The notes beneath the pieces were generated by a model that was not told where the DNA came from, did not search any database, and saw only the letters and a program-made list of their open reading frames with translations. The position numbers and the translations under genes are program-made. Positions 56,354 through 64,000 of a stretch of 64,000 nucleotides of DNA are shown here, one piece after another (the first letter of the stretch is position 1; each line of letters begins with the position of its first letter). The stretch spans positions 186,001-250,000 of the forward strand of contig JAIVFI010000017.1 in the NCBI GenBank assembly GCA_025558095.1, given 5' to 3'. Source of the stretch: Hyaloraphidium curvatum SAG 235-1 (Eukaryota > Fungi > Monoblepharomycota).

Positions 56354-57866
56354 CTACCCCGGGCAAACCTGGTCCATGACCACGCTGATCCCCACGCCCC
56401 GCAACAGTGTCCACATGCCGACAGCTACGGTGAACACGGTCACCACGAAAGCGCGCACGCTGCCCGCATCCAGGACGAACCCAGCCACCGGCCGCGGTAC
56501 CGCGTCAGGTCCACGAACGTCTCGAGCACCCTCGCGTGGTCGAGCATCGCCTCCCGAACGTCGGGGGAGGCGGTGAGCAGCAGCTGGCGCCGCGCGGAAT
56601 GGTGCAGGTCGGAGATGCTGCCGACCTGTGCGTTGGAGGCCGCGACGAGGGACATGTCGCGGACGACGTAGGCGAGCCCTTCGCCAGTAAAGATGAGGAA
56701 CCAGGCGGGGATGCACGCCGCGACGGTCTAGCCGAGGATCAGGTTCCGCGGGTGCAGGGCCTCCGACAGTACTCACGGCGTTGAGCACTGCCCCTACGAC
56801 AATGGAAAGAAGCATCCACGCAAAGAGTGTCCTGCCGAGCGACAGGTGCTCCGTCCGTAGCTGCCAATCCGAAACGAGGTTGTCCTGTAGTCGGACGTAG
56901 GTTTCCTATGGGGACGGGCGTTCTAGCGTTCCATCCGCCGCGCGTGTGACAAGGTCATTGAGCGCGAGCTTGACAGCACGCGCGTGGAGACGTTGGGATA
57001 GGCGAAGAGCTGGGATGTTGGTAGTAACATGAGCAATGTTGGTAGGGATCGTGTAGAGGCAAAGGGTCGAGGCAACTGGAGGAATGTGGTGTTGGCCAGA
57101 CCTTTCATTAGGCTTCATTGAACTCACAGCAAATGACCGCAAGAACGGCACTCCACGGGGTCGTCCACGTGAGGCGAGCGAAAGTGACGCAGACCGTCCA
57201 CATCGTTGCGAGTAAAGCCATCGCCTCCCAAACCGTGTGAATGGTAAGCTCCAGCGCGCGCCACGTGCCTGCGCTTTCCGCTATAGCACCCCCGCAGCTG
57301 TCCCTGCTGCAGGGGCACAGTCTGTCCCCAGGCACGTGGTCGAGGAGTGCAGTGGTCGTTTCTCCTATTTCCACTTTCCCGGAAACTGTAGAACTACCGC
57401 ACGCAAGCTGGTGGTAGAGTGCGAGCTGCGCAAATGGGTGGCCGTTCAGACTCGGAACCGCGACGGCCGCTGTTTCCGGCTTCGCGGAGCCATCCAGAAA
57501 CGCCCGAAATCCCCTTGCCGCGCGGTCCGTGGCCCAGTATCCGGTGACAGTCACTGAGCAATACAGCACATACGACGCGGTCGAAGCGGACATGGCACGA
57601 ATACTGAAAGGGGAGCCCAGCGCACTGTTGAACACCCAAAGAGCCGCGAGCAGCGTCATCGAGAGCACCACGGCGACGGTGAGACGCGTGGCGGTGAAGC
57701 GCATGAGCGGGAGGACCGCAAACTGCCCGCCGGTGAGCGCGCGGAGCGTTCGAGGCAGGTTGGCGAGCAGCGCGTCCGGATTCAGGGGGAACTCGGCGTC
57801 GGCCGCCGTGGGGAACAGCGTGCGCCATTCGTCGGCGATAAAGGCAAAGGCCCGCGTCGGCTCCAT
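56354..57866 (-). pseudogene. 7-TM family member 2, disrupted (in-frame TAG 56906-56908; 1-nt deletion at ~56480-56482)
   Basis: HVPGDRLCPC...CGG, LHARAV, ETYVRL...W..R directly after the TAG; RWLG and FVLDAGSVRAFVVTVFTVAVGMW lie in different frames. Confidence 0.75.
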
Positions 57867-58221
57867 GCCGCCGTCTCGCGCGGTGGGGTTTGTGCTCAGG
57901 CTTCGCAGAACATTCGAACGTCGCGATCGACTGCAACGCGGTTTGATCGTGCCATCGTCCACCACTGTCGCTATCGAAGGGTCGAAGGGGCGTTCATTGC
58001 CTTCATCGTCGCATCAATACTCCTACTTGCCCGTGCTTCGCTGCCTTGTTCGAGCAGTCCAGGAACCGGCTGCGGGCCAGTTCCGGGAGCCCAGATCGAC
58101 AAACAGACAGCTAGATCAATTGAGCCCGACCGTGGGTATCTTTTCTCGCTTGCCGGGCCACATCCCTCACTTCCGTCCCGTCCACACCGTGCGCCAGAAA
58201 TCGAGTGCCCAGGGTATACCC

Positions 58222-59162
58222 TCAGCCCCTCCCGCCGCCCCGTCCCCGCCTCGGCCTGGGCTCCGCCTCCTCCCTCGCGTCAGCATCCACCCCCGGCACC
58301 CCGCCGCTGATGCCGGGGATGCGCAGGCCCCACAGCCGGTCCATGGGTACGCCGAGGTCCCTGGGTTCGATGTTGCGGCCGCCGCGGTGCCGCGCGAGGC
58401 GGGACGCGAGGGCCGTGGTGGAGGCGACAAAGTCGTCCGCGATCTCGTACAGGATCTAATCCATGGGCGCGGGAAAAACCCGAGTGAGGGTCAAAAAATG
58501 ACGAGGGAGCAGTGGGAGGAAGGCCTCACCTCGTAGACCTCCGGGTCCAGCTTCTCAGTCGGGTCCACCTCGCGCACCATGGCCTCGAGCCGCTCCCGCG
58601 TGACCAACGGCTTGCGCTTCCCGTCCTCCTCCTTCACCTGCGGCTCCTGCTTCACGGGCGCCCTCTGTGTGGGCTGTGGTGCCGCGCCCCTCGGACTTTG
58701 GCCCGCCGGCGCCAACATGGTCTGGGCGGCCTGCTGCGCGTTGCCCTGCTGCCTGGGCACGGCCTGCGGACGCGGGCGAGCCGCAAGAGCCTGCAGCTGC
58801 GCGGCGGCGGTGATTTGCGCCGCTCGCGCGGGCCGCTGCGGGCGGAAGTCCGTCTCCTCGCTGAACAGCGAAACCTCCTCGGCCGAGAGCAGGCCCTTCG
58901 CCGCGTACGCCTGCATGCTCTGCGCCTGCAGCTGCTGCTGCTGCGCGAGTAGCACCGCCGACTGTAGCGGCTGCGGCGGCCCCGCCGCCCACTGCGGCCG
59001 CGGCCCCGCCGGCCCGGTGCGCCGGATCGCGTCCGCTTGCTGGTGCATCGCCGCCAGGTGCAGCGCCACCACGTCCGGGGCCATGGCAGGAGGGGACGGG
59101 CCGTTGCTGGCGCCTCGTCCGCGGCCACCACGGCCCCCGCCGCGGCCTCGGGGAGTGTCCAT
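58222..59162 (-). CDS. TAF12: TFIID subunit TAF12 (histone-fold) with Q/P-rich N-terminus
   Basis: L..MVREVDP.E.LDPEV.E.L..IADDFV......A.RLARHR....E..D.....R.W...IPG; one intron. Confidence 0.9.
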
Positions 59163-59383
59163 TTTTGAAGACGCTACGCGTCGCGAGTGGCAAGGAATCG
59201 ATCGACGACGAAGCTAGCCGACGGAGGCAGCTTCGAGCGGTCGGACCACGGAGAAGACAAAAAGGAGATCTATAGGAGGCTCGCTATTGCATTTGGATGG
59301 GCGATCGCGGTTTCTTGTTGCCCTCGGCTCGACTTGGGACAGAGACGGGTCGCGATCGCACAAGCGATCTCACAACTCTTCCT

Positions 59384-61071
59384 TCATTCCCAGGCTTGTG
59401 TCTCTACGACACAATAGGACAGAAGCTCTCCATCGTAAAAAAAGACCCCCAGGGACCGGAAGACGCTCCAGAGGGCCACCGTGAGCGTGACCAGCGTCAC
59501 AAGCATCGTCCGCACGCCCCCGTACGTGACGATGAACCCCAGGATCTTGGCGCTGTACCTCGACACCTCGAGAAACGAGCCGATGACCCGGTCGTGCTGC
59601 TCCAGTGCGGCGGCGAGCGGGGTCGGGCCGAGTTTGAGGCACGCGGTGCGGAGGTCGCGGCGGGCATCGTGGTACGCCGATGCGACGACGGAGATGAGGT
59701 TGTTGCGCGAGGCGAGGTTGACCGCGTTGACGAGCATGTACACGACGAGGAGGCAAGCGAAAAAGAGGAGCCACGCAGGGATACACGAGCCGACACCCTG
59801 ATGGAGGGCCGCAGCGTCAGCATCCTAGATGCTTGATTCTCTGTCCCGGGGCTCACTCACGACATTGACTATTTTTAGGATAATGGTCAGAGGGAAGATA
59901 ATGACAAAAACAGAGTTACTGAGCAGGGTCTGGTCCTGAATCTCGCGCATCTGGCACCAAGCTGAAAAGCTATGGTGCAGCCGAACGTACAGCCACGGTG
60001 CCGGGTCAGTTGAACTGCCACTGAGCACAGTCTTTAGCATGGATCTCATGGAGAGGACAACCGCTCGATGATGCAGCCTTGCTTCAAGTTTGGAGTACGC
60101 AATGTTGGTGACACCGAGGAACCGTGTGCAGTTGTTCATGAAGTAAGCCAGGGCGACACAAACTGAAAGCGGAATGCGAATTGGTAAGCAAAGATGTGTT
60201 TAGCAATGTAATGCAAAAGCCGCCGACTGTAGATTGCCCCGAGAAGGCAGCCCCACCACGTGGACCACAGTTTGTAACCAAATGTGACCGAAGCGGTCCA
60301 TCCTGCCGTCCACAGGGCGAGAAATGCAAGCACAAAATTGGGCACGGTATCCAAAAAGGTCATCCAAGCCGCAAGCTGCTGCACTTTGCCGACGCAGCTA
60401 GGGCACGGACAGAACCGGTCGCCCTCTTCGTGTGCGACGAGACCGCGGGCTCGCTCGAGCGGCGTGCCGGGCTTTTGCTTTACTGGGTCCGTTTCTCTCG
60501 TCAGTTCCAGATATCTGCAGAGCACCGCCGGGGCCGCGAAATCCAGCATCTTCGGCACCCTGGGCGTGGCGACCGCAAAGAGCACGAACGTGCCGACGTT
60601 GGGCAAGGCTAGTGCCACCACGGAAGCCACCCCCGCGGCCATCTGCTTCGTTCCGAAGCGGCCGTCGTTCCACGACCACGCCAGCGCTTGGAAGACGAGC
60701 CACATGCTGTAGGTAAGTCCAACCTGCGCCGCATTCCTCCATCCTACGAAGCTCGCGCTCCGTGACGCGCCGAGATACGCGAAGAAGCGGAGCATCGGGT
60801 CGTCGAACTCTTCCAGCATGGTTCCGAGCGTCACGGGGTGCGCGGCGCGGAACTCTTCTGCGGGGTCGCGCCCCGAATCCCCGGATTCCTCGTCGAGCAG
60901 GAGCAGCCGGAACGGCGGCGTCGCGGCGGGAAACAGGCACGCCCATTCTTCGGGGGAAAAGTCGGCGTCCGGTGCGCGGGCGACGTCCCGGGAGGCAGAC
61001 GAGTTTGAGGGTCCCGGCGCCGCGGCATCGGTTCCGGCGGCGGCGGCGGGGTTGGTCTCGGTTTCGCTCAT
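59384..61071 (-). CDS. 7-TM family member 3; 1-nt excess in T7 run (59437-59443) alters the last ~10 residues
   Basis: HEEGDRFCPCPSCVG, WWG, LHHRAV, Y..LH....W, CIPAW, HD.VIGSFL, ILGFIVTYGGVRTMLVTLVTLTVALWSVFRSLG; 2 introns. Confidence 0.75.
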
Positions 61072-61816
61072 TGTGGGAAACCAGAGAAACGCGTCCTATC
61101 CGAGTCAAGTGCGCGATTGAGCAAGCGGGAAATCCTTGGGGGACCAGCAGCGCGAGGGGCGAGCGCCTTCGCACGAAGAGAGCCCCAGCGAGCGCATAAC
61201 CTACATGTGTAGCGCACGGACAGGCTGCTAGAATCCACGGGCAGATTCCTCGCTAGATTACTTCTACCGATGCGATTTCTGGTGTGCAGTGCCGGCTCTC
61301 CCTCGCTCGTCCCGCCCGCGCCAGCGATCAGCTCCAAATCGTCCCTATATCGCTTCTACGGTTCCAATTTTCAGCTCGAAGTGAAGATATCCACTGGCGC
61401 TCAATCACAGGACAGCCTTGTACCTTGTTGATCTGAGGCAGTTGCGAATCCTTGAGAGCACTTGCGGTCGGGCGACACCCAGTGGACTCCGCGGCACAAA
61501 GCGAGCACTGAATTTTAGCAGATGCTACATTGAAGACGCTGCGGGTGCAGGTCTCTGAAAGGAACGCCTTAGGGACTCTCGCCGGTGCGGCTTCGGGATC
61601 AGTTCTGCCGACTGGCTGGCCGCTGATTGCGCGGGCGAATCCACAACGCCCGGCCGTAGCAAGGACGCCGCAAATATGTCGGGCCGAACGGCGGCGGGCG
61701 GTCCGCGGCACGCATATAAGCTCCGAAACAGCGCCGAGGGCGGCGCGGCCCCCGATTCCGCGGGCACGGACGGCGACGAAACCGAGGACGCGCGCGCGCC
61801 GCTCCGCCCTCCCGAC

Positions 61817-63021
61817 ATGTCCGACGCACCCGACGCCGACGCCGCGTCCAAGGAAACCCTAGTCGCCGGCGAGGGCCAGCCTTGGGATGCGGGCGCGTCC
61901 CCGCTGCGGCGCACGTTGGTCGTCGCGTGGCTCAGGATGACGTTCTTCTTCGCGGTCATGGTACCCGCCGCCGCGATGGTGCTCGGACGGGGCGTGCTCG
62001 GGATCTATCCGAGGGCCGTCCAGTGAGTTCGACGCGGGAGAGGATGGGCAACGGGCTTTGACCGGGATGGGCAGCCTTTCGTACCAGAACATGTTCCTCT
62101 CTTGCGTCATGGCTTTTGCAGTATGCTGCTGGCGAGCATCGTTCGTCACCGACGTGCAGTACATGCTTCCGTTGCTGGAGTTTGGTGCCTACTTTTACAT
62201 CGCACTGGGTAGGTCCCGCATGCCGCCCGATCTCGAAGCCACGACGCTCACTCCGTTGCCGCGCACGCCGCTCAGTCGTCACCCTGTGGCTCTACACCTT
62301 TGGTTTCGCGAAGACCCTCCCGCCTCCCGACCAGAGCATCTCCCTGGCCCCGTACGACGGCCTCGGCATGGTGTTCTCCTCCCTCTACGTCACCGTCCTC
62401 GCCCTCCTTACGACCTTGCTCCGCTTCCCCAACCCCCCTCTCTCCCTCGTCCGCTCCCTCCCCTCGCTCCCCTCCTTCTTCGCAACCTACCCGCGCCGCC
62501 TGCTGTCCGGACGCCCCCTCTTCCCGCGGCTCTTCGGCCTCGGCGTCGTGCTGCTCATCTTCGTCCCCGTCGTGGGGTACCTCCTGGGGCCCGCGGCACC
62601 GGGCTACCGCTGGTTCCCGTACGGCCACCCGGAGGAGTCGGTGATGGCCGCCTTCTTCGCGAGCTTCTCGGTCGTGGCCGCCAAGGCCGTGCCGGACCTG
62701 TACGGCGGGTACGTGCTCTTTGCCGAGTTCTGGGCCGCCATGGTGGGTTCCCCGGCGAAGCCACGCGCCCGATCGTGACCGTCCGCGGCGCCAAGGGGTT
62801 CTTGCACGGGTTCGCGATGTCGCTGGACTCGATCAACGCGACGCAGGGCAACTCGGGATGGGAACACGTCATGGTCGGCGACGTCCTGCTCATGTGGGTC
62901 GCGCGCCGTACGGTGGACGCCTGCGCGAGAAATAGCATGCTCATCCGCTTCCTGCAGGTGGTGCATAGGGCTGGTTCTCTCGGCATACCATCCCGCGATA
63001 GGGAACCTAGCGACGTCGTAA
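61817..63021 (+). CDS. Multi-pass membrane protein; C-terminal part reminiscent of bacterial DUF6632-type proteins
   Basis: Many hydrophobic helices across ~5 exons; W...H..AM......H...GDV..L motif near the C-terminus. Confidence 0.55.
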
Positions 63022-63377
63022 GATGCGGAAGACGATGGGGGTGGGCCCTGGCCAGCGCTTTGGTCTTTGATGCGTATCCCGTTGCTGTATCATCGTTATA
63101 TCCTGGGCTCTGTCTTCTTGAAGAGTTTATTCTCTGCCTTGTTAACTTCCGACCGTTATCACGGCCCGCGCGCGCGGATCCCGGGAGGCAACGCGGCGAC
63201 AGCGGGTCGCCGACATCAGAACGTACTTCAGCAGCCGAATTTGAGCCCCGTTTCGTTCCTTTGCCCTTCGCGAACCCACGAGTCTTCCGGAGCGAGCTGG
63301 ACGGGTCGCGGCAACCAGCGCGCCGGACAAAATCGCGTGCCAAAACCCACTTGTCCGCCGTCCCCCTCCCCGCCGCG

Positions 63378-64000
63378 ATGCGGTTCATCGACGACGAGGG
63401 CCCGCCCGCGGAGCTCCTTGGGCCGCGGCGCCGCCCCGCCGCGCGCCGGGCGCCGCCGCCGCTGCCGAAGCGCGCGCGGGAAAACGAGCGCGAAGGGGAG
63501 GAAGACGCGGCGCGGGGGGAGAAAAGGGACAATGGCGCGGGCGGTGCGAAGAGGGCGAGGAGGGAGGGCGGCGGCGGGGTGGCGGACGCGCCGCCGGACG
63601 TCGGGGGGATGTCGGACGCGGGGGACGGCGGGCGCGGGTCGGAGCCCTCGTCGGACGCGGCGGACGGCACCGAGGACAGCAGGCCGCCCGACGGCCCCGA
63701 CGGCAACGCCTCGGACGGCTCCGATGCCGGCGGCGGCCGCGTGCGCTGCCAGTGGCCCGGCTGCGTGCAGACGTTCGCGTCGACCAACAAGCGCTCGCGG
63801 CACGCAAAGACCGCGCACGACGCCGAGAGGCCGCACAGGTGCCGCCGCTGCGGCAAGACCTTCGCGCGGACCGGCGCGCTGGCGACCCACGCGGCGGTGC
63901 ACAGGGGCGGCGGCGGCGACCCGCTGGGGTGCCCCGAGGAGGGGTGCGGGAGGCTTTTCCCGGACGCCAACGCGCTGGCGGCGCACGTGCGCGCGCACCG
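63378..64000 (+). CDS. C2H2 zinc-finger protein, paralog of the 49902 gene; runs off window end
   Basis: Open frame to the window end. GRVRCQWPGCVQTFASTNKRSRHAKTAHDAERPHRCRRC matches [39 protein letters not shown]. Confidence 0.85.
   Translation, partial: MRFIDDEGPPAELLGPRRRPAARRAPPPLPKRARENEREGEEDAARGEKRDNGAGGAKRARREGGGGVADAPPDVGGMSDAGDGGRGSEPSSDAADGTEDSRPPDGPDGNASDGSDAGGGRVRCQWPGCVQTFASTNKRSRHAKTAHDAERPHRCRRCGKTFARTGALATHAAVHRGGGGDPLGCPEEGCGRLFPDANALAAHVRAH

Overview
This is gene-dense, GC-rich eukaryotic genomic DNA with many short GT-AG introns (~45-120 nt). The gene set (PRP38, Pep7/Vac1, Yop1, Rei1, TAF12) fits an early-diverging, chytrid-like fungus; the taxon is inferred, not shown. 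About 33 protein-coding loci or remnants can be supported. No rRNA, tRNA or CRISPR array was seen. The most notable item is a minus-strand locus (49902->47188) encoding a PCNA-box-like N-terminus and 18 tandem C2H2 zinc fingers. In the same frame, past a single TGA, lies a Vsr/DUF559/EDxHD-like endonuclease domain, so the locus looks like a natural zinc-finger nuclease. A paralog starts at 63378, and the upstream ~220 bp of the first gene is duplicated near 52.8-53.1 kb. Other highlights: three paralogs of a 7-TM family with gustatory-receptor/7TMIC-like topology (one intact, two with lesions); a secreted His1-brace LPMO-like protein with a CBM2-like module; two divergently oriented Argonaute paralogs, one DEDH and one DDDH with an RGG insert in the MID domain; and several bacterial-like genes. 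Exon boundaries were read by eye, and all family calls come from motif recognition, not database searches.
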